DNA from: a virus
Direction: 5' to 3' (one strand)
DNA: 64,000 nucleotides
IMG/VR virus record: IMGVR_UViG_3300021185_001145
Span: 1-64,000 of that record
Part shown: positions 16,932-25,894 of the stretch, piece by piece
Numbering within the stretch: the stretch's first letter is position 1
How the letters are laid out: each line of letters starts with the position of its first letter
Position numbers and translations under genes: made by a program
Notes under the pieces: model-generated
What the model saw: the letters and a program-made list of their open reading frames with translations, nothing else
Database searches by the model: none
What the model was told of the DNA's origin: nothing

Positions 16932-18379
16932 ATGTCTATTTTATACATCTTTACTTTGAATTTTTCTTCGTTGTATATTTTCATACGTTCTAAGAAATGT
17001 TCTAGTGTGAAGTTCCTTTTACTTTTCCATTTTAAATCGTCAACAATATCATATAAAGTTGCCGCCGTTTTGGTGTCACTCTTTCTCAAACCTCTGCCAA
17101 TAGACTGTAGATTTCGTACTCTCGACTTCGATGGTGAAGCGAAAATAATGTTGTGAAGATTTCGAATGTTCACACCAGTAGAGAATGTTCCATAACTTGC
17201 AATGATAATTGCGTTCTCTGACTGTTCTGTAATTCTTCTAATCTCTTCACGGTCTGTCGAATCCGTACCTCCATGTACAAAGAATACTTTTCTTTCTTCT
17301 CCTACACGACTATTTATATCATCAAAAAGAACCCTGCCGTGCTTCTCAACATATTGGAATAGTAATAGTGTATTACCTTCTTGGCTGATTGTCAAGTTTC
17401 TTATGAACCTATTTCTCTTCTCATGTCTAACGATAAAGTCCATTTCTTGCTGATATGTCATTTTAACAGCATCTTTACGTTCTTGGTCGCTGTAACTGAG
17501 TGCAAGACTTTTGATTTGAAACTCTGCTAGTTGCTTATTATCTATAAGTTCTTTTGTAGTGGTAACTTTCTTCACAGGACCAAACAGACCTTCAAGAACA
17601 AGTTTGTGTGTCAATGTGCCGTCTAGTGTACCAGTCAGACCAAATCTATACTTCGTATCAGTCATCTTTTCTAAGATACTAGTCAGAGATTTTGCTTTGA
17701 ACAAGTGTGCTTCGTCCCCAATAATTAGGTCGAATTGGTCAAAGTAGTCTTTACGCATCTTATAGATTGATTGCCATGTAGAAACGATAACCTGCTTATC
17801 AGATACTTTATCAAGCCCAGCCATAACTTTATGACAATGATTATCTGCATCCCAACCATAGTCACCAAAGTCTGATACAAGTTGGTGTACGAGTGAAGTT
17901 GTAGGTACAATGATTAGTGTCTTTTCGCTATACCAGCGAACAAGCATGTAGATAATTAATGACTTACCTGATGCTGTGGGTGATAGCAATAAACATCTGC
18001 GATTGCGTACTGCATGAATAAATGCTTTGAACTGATAGTCTCTTGGACTAAATGGTAGAGATAGTTCATCAGAAAATTCTTTTGCTTCAATTGCAGAAAA
18101 CTCATCTGCCGCTTCAACAGAACTATCATATTCAATCTCATAGTCTCTACTCTCTGCAAATTTATGTAGATATGGTAGTAGACCGAGATAAAGTCTTTTC
18201 GTCATCACATTGTATAGACGTATCTTTCCATCCCACATTTTATTGCGAAATGAAGGCATGAACTGGTGACCAGGCACAAGAAATGTAAAGTAGTCTTGTA
18301 CTTCGTATGCTGTACCAGCATCACATGTTACTTTAATGTGAACTTCGTCTATCTTGGAGACGAAAAGTTTTTCTGACAT
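16928..18379 (-). CDS. uvsW: UvsW SF2 helicase
   Basis: PRDYQ, SPTASGKS, GDEAH, GLTGT, QSIGRGLR. Confidence 0.96.
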   Translation of the reverse strand: MSEKLFVSKIDEVHIKVTCDAGTAYEVQDYFTFLVPGHQFMPSFRNKMWDGKIRLYNVMTKRLYLGLLPYLHKFAESRDYEIEYDSSVEAADEFSAIEAKEFSDELSLPFSPRDYQFKAFIHAVRNRRCLLLSPTASGKSLIIYMLVRWYSEKTLIIVPTTSLVHQLVSDFGDYGWDADNHCHKVMAGLDKVSDKQVIVSTWQSIYKMRKDYFDQFDLIIGDEAHLFKAKSLTSILEKMTDTKYRFGLTGTLDGTLTHKLVLEGLFGPVKKVTTTKELIDNKQLAEFQIKSLALSYSDQERKDAVKMTYQQEMDFIVRHEKRNRFIRNLTISQEGNTLLLFQYVEKHGRVLFDDINSRVGEERKVFFVHGGTDSTDREEIRRITEQSENAIIIASYGTFSTGVNIRNLHNIIFASPSKSRVRNLQSIGRGLRKSDTKTAATLYDIVDDLKWKSKRNFTLEHFLERMKIYNEEKFKVKMYKIDI

Positions 18380-18817
18380 TTAGATAGCACCGTTGGTAAA
18401 TTTTCGCCAGTCGATTGCGGATTTGATGAGAAATCCTCGGTCACGCAACGATTTGATGATTGCGTCACAGAAGTCTACTTTCTCTTTTTGGTGTGCGATT
18501 TTTAGAGTGCGTTCAATCACCTGTCTGTCGCTATCAACATGTCTAGGGATATCTGCACGAAGGACCTTTTTGGGAAAAGGTTCCCAACCATGCTCTCGCA
18601 AGTCTTCTTCTGCTAACTCGCCTGCATAGTATTCGTATTTGATTTGTTGATAGATTTTTAGGTCTGCTTCTAGTTTGCGTAGTAGAAGTTTTTCTGTCGT
18701 ATAGACTTTATAATATTTTTGATGAAGTCTAGGTATTTTAAGTGCCTCTTCATCAAGCATGTCATCTACAAAATTCACATCTTCTTTCCAAAGATTTTGT
18801 ATATCTTCAAGTTTCAT
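18380..18817 (-). CDS. uvsY: UvsY recombination mediator
   Basis: LDEEALKIPRLHQKY...YYAG...RGFLIKSAIDWRKFTNG. Confidence 0.93.
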   Translation of the reverse strand: MKLEDIQNLWKEDVNFVDDMLDEEALKIPRLHQKYYKVYTTEKLLLRKLEADLKIYQQIKYEYYAGELAEEDLREHGWEPFPKKVLRADIPRHVDSDRQVIERTLKIAHQKEKVDFCDAIIKSLRDRGFLIKSAIDWRKFTNGAI

Positions 18818-18867
18818 TCAATCACCTCAATGTTGTAATCATTATCTACAAGTATATATGCTTGTAA

Positions 18868-19356
18868 TTATAGTCTGTTTATCTCATATGCTCTAAATCT
18901 AAATGATGCTGAACCAAGAACGGTGTCTGCACTTCCTGCGTTTGAAAACTGTAAATCGCCATTCGATACTGGAAAGATATCAATGAATGTGATTTCAAGA
19001 ATTGGGTTACCAGAGTTTGACAGTATAAACAATGTTGCGTCTTTGTATACTTCGCCCTCTTTAAACTGAGTAAAGGATTCTGGGAATGCTAGTTGCGTCA
19101 TCCAGTCATGTATCTCTTGCCAGTTCTTTAGTTCTTCATCTACAATAAATTCTACTGACAATTCACCGTAAGTTATCTTGTCGCCAGGAACTGGTCTGTC
19201 GATAAGAGGGTTTGGTTGTACTGCTTCGCCAATTGTCATTGACGGAATATTACAATCAGTAACAAAGAAAGGGAAGACGCCAAGACCTTGAATTTCGAAT
19301 TTGAAATTATTAATCTTTGCCTCATTCATGTTACTCGGCTGATTTTGGACGCTCAT
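18868..19356 (-). CDS. gp3: Tail tube terminator / tail completion protein
   Basis: PGDKITYGELSVEFIVDEELKNWQEIHDW...DATLFILS; tube-fold protein in the gp3 position. Confidence 0.85.
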   Translation of the reverse strand: MSVQNQPSNMNEAKINNFKFEIQGLGVFPFFVTDCNIPSMTIGEAVQPNPLIDRPVPGDKITYGELSVEFIVDEELKNWQEIHDWMTQLAFPESFTQFKEGEVYKDATLFILSNSGNPILEITFIDIFPVSNGDLQFSNAGSADTVLGSASFRFRAYEINRL

Positions 19357-19571
19357 TTTTCTAGTTTCCTATTCATGTTTTCTCTAATATCAACAACCTG
19401 CTCGGTTTCGATAATGTCGATTATAGTATTTGTGAGACTGATTTCCTTCTGTACCCACCACATTTTCTGCTTTAGTTTATCTAGTTCTTTTTGGTAAAAC
19501 TCTAGTTCTTGTTCTTTTCTGAGTTTACTATCAATCAAGTCTTGTATTAATATAATCTTTCCAAAAGACAT
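19353..19571 (-). CDS. Small hypothetical coiled-coil protein
   Basis: 72-aa ORF behind a late promoter; 4-nt overlap with gp3. Confidence 0.7.
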   Translation of the reverse strand: MSFGKIILIQDLIDSKLRKEQELEFYQKELDKLKQKMWWVQKEISLTNTIIDIIETEQVVDIRENMNRKLEK

Positions 19572-19605
19572 TCGACACCTGCATTGTTGCTACTGTTTCC
19601 ACTAC

Positions 19606-19613
19606 TATTTATA
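19606..19613 (-). promoter_or_regulatory. Late promoter
   Basis: TATAAATA immediately after the gp23 terminator. Confidence 0.8.
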
Positions 19614-19618
19614 CAAAC

Positions 19619-19647
19619 AAAAAAAGGGAGCCCCGAAGGACTCCCTT
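19619..19647 (-). terminator. Rho-independent terminator after gp23
   Basis: AAGGGAGTCC-TTCG-GGGCTCCCTT plus T-run; cUUCGg tetraloop typical of T4-like phages. Confidence 0.92.
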
Positions 19648-19684
19648 AAAGTTGGGTAGGTTAACCCTACTCTTGTAGTATCAA

Positions 19685-20938
19685 TTACAGAATGTTTGCA
19701 ACTGAGAAACCACGGTAGTAAGTGTTGACACGCTGTGTCAATGCACCTGCACCAGCAGTTGTACCTTGAGCGAATGGGTTCGCAACCATGCCGTAGCGTG
19801 TTTTGAAACCAATCTTAGGCTGGAAGGTGTTCTCACCAACCGCACGAACCATTTGCAACGGCACGTATGGGCAGTAGAAGATACCAGCGTCATATGCGCT
19901 GTCGCCTTTATAACCTACGACACAGAAATCGCCAGTTGCATATGGGTCAACATATACTTTTGTGCGACCGTTAAGTACACCAGCAAATGTGTTGCCAGTT
20001 GTGTCTACTTGCAGGTTAGTGTTCAGTGCAGGGTTGTAATCCATGATACCTGCGGCTGCCAAAGCAGATGCAACATCAGAAGATACGATGATAAAGTTAC
20101 CTTTACCTCTGCGTGTTTCACGGGCGATTACGTTTGCTTCACGCTCGATTTGGAACATCAGACCTTTGTAACGCTCAATAGACCAGCGACCATCAGCATC
20201 AGCGGCAACGTCAAACGCACCAGCAGTTGCACCAGGCTTGGCTGAACGATAGATAGTACGCATTACTTCGCGGTTGATTTCAGCAAGAATTTCGCCAGAC
20301 AAGATGTTGGCAAGTTCTGTTTCAGCGTCAAGACCGTGTACTGCTTTCAGGTCCTGTGCAAGTTCAACAGTGTATTCTGCTTTCAACGCACGGGTTTTGG
20401 CTTCAACAGAAATCTTCTCTACTGAGAATTGCATTTCGTTGAAAGTTCCGCCACCAGAAGAACCGAGTGCTTCAGCCGCGGCTGTAGTCATACCAGTACC
20501 TGTAGTGTAACCGTTTGTATCTGGGTCAGCATCCATTGGACCTACAGTGTTAGCATGTGTGCCAGCACCAGAGAAGTCTGTGTCTGCTTCGTTGTAGAAT
20601 GCTTCTGCGCCAGCGCCGTCTTTGGCACGCATTGCAAAGATAAGACCAGTAGGTGCAGTCATTGGCTGTACACCTGCAACGTCATATGCAATCAACTGAG
20701 GCATAGAACGTCTTACCAATGAAATCAATACTGGGTCAAAGTTTTGTACGTTGCCAGTAGCGTTCAATGGAGCGGCTTCAAACAGACCCATTTGCTCATT
20801 TTGCTCACGGATTGCTTTTTCTTGGTTTTCAAGAAGTACGGCTGTTACCGCTTTCTTGTATGGGTCCTGGATGGCAGGCGCATCGGCATGCTCCAGAATT
20901 GGTTCCCATTTTTTCTGGGATTCTTCAGAAAGATACAT
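19685..20938 (-). CDS. gp23: Major capsid protein
   Basis: KWEPIL...AVLLENQ, FDPVLISLVRR, VQPMTAPTGLIFAMR, ELAQDLKAVHGLDAE, YCPYVPL, FQPKIGFKTRYG. Confidence 0.99.
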   Translation of the reverse strand: MYLSEESQKKWEPILEHADAPAIQDPYKKAVTAVLLENQEKAIREQNEQMGLFEAAPLNATGNVQNFDPVLISLVRRSMPQLIAYDVAGVQPMTAPTGLIFAMRAKDGAGAEAFYNEADTDFSGAGTHANTVGPMDADPDTNGYTTGTGMTTAAAEALGSSGGGTFNEMQFSVEKISVEAKTRALKAEYTVELAQDLKAVHGLDAETELANILSGEILAEINREVMRTIYRSAKPGATAGAFDVAADADGRWSIERYKGLMFQIEREANVIARETRRGKGNFIIVSSDVASALAAAGIMDYNPALNTNLQVDTTGNTFAGVLNGRTKVYVDPYATGDFCVVGYKGDSAYDAGIFYCPYVPLQMVRAVGENTFQPKIGFKTRYGMVANPFAQGTTAGAGALTQRVNTYYRGFSVANIL

Positions 20939-21011
20939 ATCTTTTCTCCTTAAAGTTATAGTTTAGTCAAACTGTTAATATAAACATTCAAAAATAACAT
21001 ATTCATATTAG

Positions 21012-21019
21012 TATTTATA
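21012..21019 (-). promoter_or_regulatory. Late promoter for gp23
   Basis: TATAAATA in the gp22-gp23 spacer. Confidence 0.85.
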
Positions 21020-21024
21020 TGACA

Positions 21025-22131
21025 TTACTTTTTCATGCTTGAAAGTGTTCTAGCGTAAACACTCATGCTCTCGGATAGTGATTCCGCTTGCGGAGCATCC
21101 ACACTGTCTTCTTTTTCTGCGCCAGTTGCCCTTACTTTAGGGAAATATGATTCCTTGATAGTTTCTAACTTCTCACGGTACTGGTCAATAGTCTCAAACT
21201 CTACGCCTTCAGCCAGAGCCTTCACTTTGTCTGCTTGTGTGTCGGTCAAACCAACAACTGCTTCTGTAAGTGCATTTTCTGCCTTGATTGCATCAAGTTC
21301 TTTCTTCATAGCAACGTTTTTCTCAAACTCTTCATTGAGTTTTGCTTCCAAGTCATCAGATTTAGTTGCGAGTTCGTCAACTAGGTCTGCTTTCTCTTCA
21401 GGAACGTCAATATAATTTTCTACGAAAAGATTTTTCAATCCATTCATAAATTCTTCAGCGATTTCTGTACGAATTCCACGCTCAATTGCAAGTGCGTTTT
21501 CTTTAACCCACTCTTCAACAACGTAATTCAGATAACCATCTACTTTTTCTGCAAGTTCGCCACGGGCTTCTTCCAGTTTAGCATCGTAATCCGCTTGAGC
21601 GGCTTCGTTGATGGCGTCAAGTTGTTCTGCAACTTTCGCTTTAACAGCGGCTTCGAAAATCGTTTGCGCTTTTTCTTTAAATTCTTCTGACAATTCAGCA
21701 TCAGAACCAGAAAGAAGTGCATCAACGTCTTCTGCAACGTCAACAGTAAGTTCTACTTCTTCCTTCATCTTCTTCTCTTTGTCTTTTGATGCGTAGAGTT
21801 TTTTACCTTCAGCGGCTTCTTCCTCTTCGTCATCATCATCATCGTCATCGTCACCATCTTCGTCATCGTCATCGTCTTCAGCGTCATCTTCTTCAGACTT
21901 AACGGACTTTTTGGCTTCGTCTAGTTCTTCAGTTGCATCTTCATCAGATACTTCTTCAGCAACTACTTCTTCTTCAGCAACCGCTTCTTCGGCAACTGTT
22001 TCTTCAGAAGTTTCAGCAACTACTTCTTCAGCCATATCTTCGGAATCCTGAACTGCTTCAAGGTCCTCTGAAATCGCTTCTTCAGTTTTTACTTCTTCTT
22101 CATTGATTTGCTCTGCAAATTTCTTTAGCAT
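21025..22131 (-). CDS. gp22: Prohead core scaffold protein
   Basis: Acidic N-terminus, LSEEFKEKAQTIFEAAV, YLNYVVEEW, LETIKESYF. Confidence 0.94.
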   Translation of the reverse strand: MLKKFAEQINEEEVKTEEAISEDLEAVQDSEDMAEEVVAETSEETVAEEAVAEEEVVAEEVSDEDATEELDEAKKSVKSEEDDAEDDDDDEDGDDDDDDDDEEEEAAEGKKLYASKDKEKKMKEEVELTVDVAEDVDALLSGSDAELSEEFKEKAQTIFEAAVKAKVAEQLDAINEAAQADYDAKLEEARGELAEKVDGYLNYVVEEWVKENALAIERGIRTEIAEEFMNGLKNLFVENYIDVPEEKADLVDELATKSDDLEAKLNEEFEKNVAMKKELDAIKAENALTEAVVGLTDTQADKVKALAEGVEFETIDQYREKLETIKESYFPKVRATGAEKEDSVDAPQAESLSESMSVYARTLSSMKK

Positions 22132-22168
22132 GAGATTAATCTCCTTTTATGAAAGTTATTATCATATC

Positions 22169-22176
22169 TATTTATA
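22169..22176 (-). promoter_or_regulatory. Late promoter for gp22
   Basis: TATAAATA. Confidence 0.85.
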
Positions 22177-22180
22177 AACA

Positions 22181-22825
22181 CTACAATTTTTGAATGAAGT
22201 CAGAGAATAACCTTATCTTCACTTCTTCAAGTTGAAATGATGAAGCACGTTTAATTTGCTTTTCATATTCCCCGATGGTGTTCTCTTTCAATACACCGTT
22301 ATCCCAAATCCACTCTTTGCCTTCCATGATACCGTCAACAAATGCGTCTGGTGCAGACGGGTCTGCAACGATATCTGCGGCGGTGGCAAGATAAAAATCT
22401 GATTGTACAACGTTAGTACCATTAGATTGTTTAAGTGAACCCATACCACGAGAAGATACTCCCAAACGGGCACCCTCTGCCATAAGGTTCTTCACGATTT
22501 TGCCCATTGGCGTATCTGTGATTTTCGCTTTACCCATGAAGTTGTCGCCGTCACGATAAAGTTCTTTAATCATATGAGATACACGGTCTAAATTGATAGT
22601 AGGACCATCTGGATGTCCTAGTTCACCGAATGCTCTGTTTTCAGTAATGTACGCATCAGTATAACGCTTCACTTCTTTTTCAAGAACGTCTGCTGGATAA
22701 ACACGCCCATTTCTATTCTTTTTGTTTGCCTGCATAAAGACGCCAGAAATATAAAACTGCTTTTCGCCTGCAATTTCTTCAGTGATATACTCTACGTCTT
22801 CAACTGTTTCTGTAATTAATTTCAT
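22181..22825 (-). CDS. gp21: Prohead protease
   Basis: NRNGRVYP, GELGHP, GVSSRGMGS, DIVADPSAPDA. Confidence 0.97.
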   Translation of the reverse strand: MKLITETVEDVEYITEEIAGEKQFYISGVFMQANKKNRNGRVYPADVLEKEVKRYTDAYITENRAFGELGHPDGPTINLDRVSHMIKELYRDGDNFMGKAKITDTPMGKIVKNLMAEGARLGVSSRGMGSLKQSNGTNVVQSDFYLATAADIVADPSAPDAFVDGIMEGKEWIWDNGVLKENTIGEYEKQIKRASSFQLEEVKIRLFSDFIQKL

Positions 22826-23244
22826 TTGTTGAAGCCCCTTGTTGTTCTTTTCCTGTTAGTCAATTTGCGCTTAATCGCCGCTCTGCTACCTTTTGCTTTT
22901 CTTTTACGAGCCGCTTTCTTTTGAGCAATTTTTCTATTGCGTCTTTCAGAAGCAGACATGCGTACAACGCTTTGACTTCCATCACCTTTAGTTCTATATT
23001 TACTGTCTGTGGCAACTACTTTACGTCTTTGCACAACACCACCACGAATTCGATTAACACGCTTTATTCTTGCTTCATCAACCTCTTCATCTTCATCATC
23101 AATCTCTTCAAGCATTTCGTTAGCAATTAACGTCTTAAATTCATTAAATAGTTCATCTACCTTACTATTTATAACGGATTCGAACACTTTATTTGTTTCA
23201 AGTGCATCGCCGTTTTCAATTGCGTTAATTAACTCTTTGCTCAT
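22822..23244 (-). CDS. gp68: Prohead core protein with a gp67-like N-terminus and a gp68-like basic C-terminus
   Basis: MSKELINAIENGD...KTLIANEML resembles T4 gp67; MSASERRNRKIAQKKAARKRK...RKRTTRG resembles the gp68 tail. ATG at 23244 overlaps the upstream TGA. Confidence 0.7.
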   Translation of the reverse strand: MSKELINAIENGDALETNKVFESVINSKVDELFNEFKTLIANEMLEEIDDEDEEVDEARIKRVNRIRGGVVQRRKVVATDSKYRTKGDGSQSVVRMSASERRNRKIAQKKAARKRKAKGSRAAIKRKLTNRKRTTRGFNK

Positions 23245-23621
23245 TTTACTGCGCCCCATGAGAATTCAACTGCTTTTGCAAAGTTTGCTTTACTTTTGCC
23301 TAGCATATCTGTGAACTTCGTTTTATTTTTATCATTAAGGGCATCAATAACTTTTAATATTACGTTTGCAGTTTGCATATCAACTTTAATAGACTTACCG
23401 TCTTTAAGTTTTACATCCATCGCCTGCTTCTTTTTTGAAATTGATTTAATCGTATCAATGGCATCTTCATCCATCATAAAGGTGTCTGCTTCTGAATCCA
23501 GTACATCCTCTACGTCAACGTTATCAATATCAAATTCAATATCTTTGTCCTGTAGACGGATGTGACCATCTTCAGATTCCGATATTTTTAATGACTGTTT
23601 CAACTCCTTAAAGGTTTTCAT
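23241..23621 (-). CDS. Putative prohead core / internal head protein
   Basis: N-terminus MKTFKELKQSLKISE resembles T4 capsid-targeting sequences (MKTYQEFIAE); lies between gp20 and gp21. Confidence 0.65.
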   Translation of the reverse strand: MKTFKELKQSLKISESEDGHIRLQDKDIEFDIDNVDVEDVLDSEADTFMMDEDAIDTIKSISKKKQAMDVKLKDGKSIKVDMQTANVILKVIDALNDKNKTKFTDMLGKSKANFAKAVEFSWGAVK

Positions 23622-23624
23622 TTT

Positions 23625-23792
23625 TTATTGTTCCTTTTCAGTTTCCACATTAAGCATAGATGATGCAATCTCTTTTTTCTTGGATTCGATTTTCTCATAT
23701 GCTTTTTTGGATAGCACCGAATTTACTGTATCTTGTAATGCCGATGCATCTGTCTGTTCTGCATTTTTAATAATGTCAATTGCTGTAGTCAT
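23625..23792 (-). CDS. Small gp67-like prohead core protein (55 aa), not in the ORF track
   Basis: MTTAIDIIKNAEQTDASALQDTVNSVLSKKAYEKIESKKKEIASSMLNVETEKEQ*, directly after the gp20 stop. Confidence 0.7.
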   Translation of the reverse strand: MTTAIDIIKNAEQTDASALQDTVNSVLSKKAYEKIESKKKEIASSMLNVETEKEQ

Positions 23793-25277
23793 TTAAAAGT
23801 CCCCATCATCTGTTTCAATTTCACCGCTGTCAATCTCTTTTTTGATTTGAGCGTCTAGTTGTTCAATATCTTCATCAGTATATTTCAATACGTCTTTCAT
23901 CACTTGTTGGCGAGAGAAATACTTCCCAACATATTGGTCATACTCTGAAACAAGAGCAAGTCTCTCACGCATAATCTCTTGGTTCTTAACTTCTGTAAAG
24001 TATGTATCTGCACGGAAATCATAGTAAATGCCATCTTTAACATTGTCCCACTCTTCTGGAGATATCACACCTTTCAGTATCAACTGCTTTCTTAGTAGGT
24101 CATCAAATAGATGTGTAAAACGAATTCTAATCTTTTTGATAAACTTATTAAATTTCAGTTCATCTCTTGTGACTTCATCGCCACCGCCAAATGATACTGT
24201 ATTCTCATTATCTAAACGAGATGATGGTACGTTCAATGACTTATAAAGTTTCTTCTGAAAATACTGAACATCATCCATTTCGCCGAGGTTTTGACCACCA
24301 GCAAGTGTATCTACTTCTGTACCCCTACCACCTTCACGGCGAGGCATCCAAAAATCTTCAAGCATTGACATGTGTTTTCTGTCACCGTCAATCTCGCCTG
24401 TAGAAGCATTATATACAATCTTATTCTTATAACGTGCCATAATGTCACGCAAATATGCTTCTGCTTTACCCTTAGGTAAGTTACCAACATCTACATAGAA
24501 AATGCGGCGCTCTGGCGCTCTTGATAGTCTGTAAATAACAACTGCATCTTCAACTGCACGGAGTTGATTTAATGGTTTGATTGCTTTGTGTAGATAAGAA
24601 TATACAGTCTTACCACTAGTATCAAGCAAACCAGAAGTTACATATGAGATAGAATCCTTAGAAATCTTTACTCCGTTACCTGCACCCTCTAAACCATTTT
24701 CATTGAATACGAAATACTCTTCATACTCTTTATATGTATCTACGTTAGTTTCTTCGTCCTTTTCCTTGATAGGTCTACGGACTTTCTTAATCTGTCTTGG
24801 GTCTATGTAACGTAATTCTTTCAAACCTGCTTGTGGTTCATTTACATCAATTACGTTATGATAGTGTAGACGACCATCAATATACCAACGCTTAAAAATG
24901 TCTGCGCCATTACTCCCAAAATCGAGAAGACGTAGAACATTCGAAAATTCTTCTGTAATGCGCTTTTTAACAGACGCACCATATTCTAAATTGTCAGTAA
25001 TTACCTCTACAGGTGCTTCAGTACCCTCTTGCACAACTGCTTCATTGACAATATCATCAATTGCAGTTTCACATTCAGGCGTACCTGCCATGTCACGATA
25101 ACGATTAATTAAATCAGTTTCGTTTTTAGAAGTACCTTCCAAATCAATATATTGACCGAAAACGCCACCTTCTGATACCTGAACAGCCCCATCGTCATTT
25201 GTCGGGGGGACAAACGATGGAGTATCCTGATTTGCATCAGAAGCACGGTTAATTTCGAATCCGAATAACTTTGCCAT
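23793..25277 (-). CDS. gp20: Portal protein
   Basis: WYIDGR, YLHKAIKPLNQLR, RAPERRIFYVDVGNLP, MLEDFWMPRREGGRGTE. Confidence 0.98.
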   Translation of the reverse strand: MAKLFGFEINRASDANQDTPSFVPPTNDDGAVQVSEGGVFGQYIDLEGTSKNETDLINRYRDMAGTPECETAIDDIVNEAVVQEGTEAPVEVITDNLEYGASVKKRITEEFSNVLRLLDFGSNGADIFKRWYIDGRLHYHNVIDVNEPQAGLKELRYIDPRQIKKVRRPIKEKDEETNVDTYKEYEEYFVFNENGLEGAGNGVKISKDSISYVTSGLLDTSGKTVYSYLHKAIKPLNQLRAVEDAVVIYRLSRAPERRIFYVDVGNLPKGKAEAYLRDIMARYKNKIVYNASTGEIDGDRKHMSMLEDFWMPRREGGRGTEVDTLAGGQNLGEMDDVQYFQKKLYKSLNVPSSRLDNENTVSFGGGDEVTRDELKFNKFIKKIRIRFTHLFDDLLRKQLILKGVISPEEWDNVKDGIYYDFRADTYFTEVKNQEIMRERLALVSEYDQYVGKYFSRQQVMKDVLKYTDEDIEQLDAQIKKEIDSGEIETDDGDF

Positions 25278-25307
25278 AAATAAAATTCCTATCTAATTGT
25301 TCAAAAT

Positions 25308-25340
25308 GAGGGAGCCTATAATATATTTATAGACCCCCTC
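25308..25340 (-). terminator. Hairpin after gp19 that contains the gp20 late promoter (TATAAATA, 25324-25331)
   Basis: GAGGGGGTCTATAA-ATATA-TTATAGGCTCCCTC followed by ATTTTG. Confidence 0.7.
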
Positions 25341-25347
25341 AGAACGA

Positions 25348-25869
25348 TTAGATGACCGCATTGCTTACATCAGTCCAGTAATCATACTGGAATGTGCATG
25401 TAAACTCTTCGATTGTGTCATTGGAATCCCAAGCAACATCAATTGGTGAGAGGTCTACTGGGAAGATACCAATAAATTGATACGTCTTCAGTACGTTTCC
25501 ACCTTTGCCGAACTGCTTGATAGAACCTTCTGACTTCTGAAGAAGTGGTGAGGGTGTACCAATGTTCGCAATATGCGAGTTGATTGAGGACATCCAACGC
25601 TCAAGACCGTTGCGTACTGCAAAGTCTTCATCGTTGATAATAGTTACAGTCCATTCAGCGAATGTTCTGTTACCTGCGATTTTCATTGTGCGACCGAAGT
25701 ATGGTACCTCGATAACACCTAGTGTGTCTCCTGGCAACTGAGATGCTTTTGCCATGAAAGTGAATTTATCAGAACCACCAAATGGGTTTGTAATCTCACA
25801 TTCAAACAGATTGCTTCTTGCGCCGCCACCGGTTAGTTCACTTCTGAACCCGTCAATTGTAAAAGCCAT
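25348..25869 (-). CDS. gp19: Tail tube protein
   Basis: GGARSNLFE, LPG..LG.IEVPYFGR..KIAGNRTFAEWTVTIINDEDF, IEEFTCTFQYDYW. Confidence 0.96.
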   Translation of the reverse strand: MAFTIDGFRSELTGGGARSNLFECEITNPFGGSDKFTFMAKASQLPGDTLGVIEVPYFGRTMKIAGNRTFAEWTVTIINDEDFAVRNGLERWMSSINSHIANIGTPSPLLQKSEGSIKQFGKGGNVLKTYQFIGIFPVDLSPIDVAWDSNDTIEEFTCTFQYDYWTDVSNAVI

Positions 25870-25894
25870 GTTTTTTTCTCCTAGTTATCTGTTA

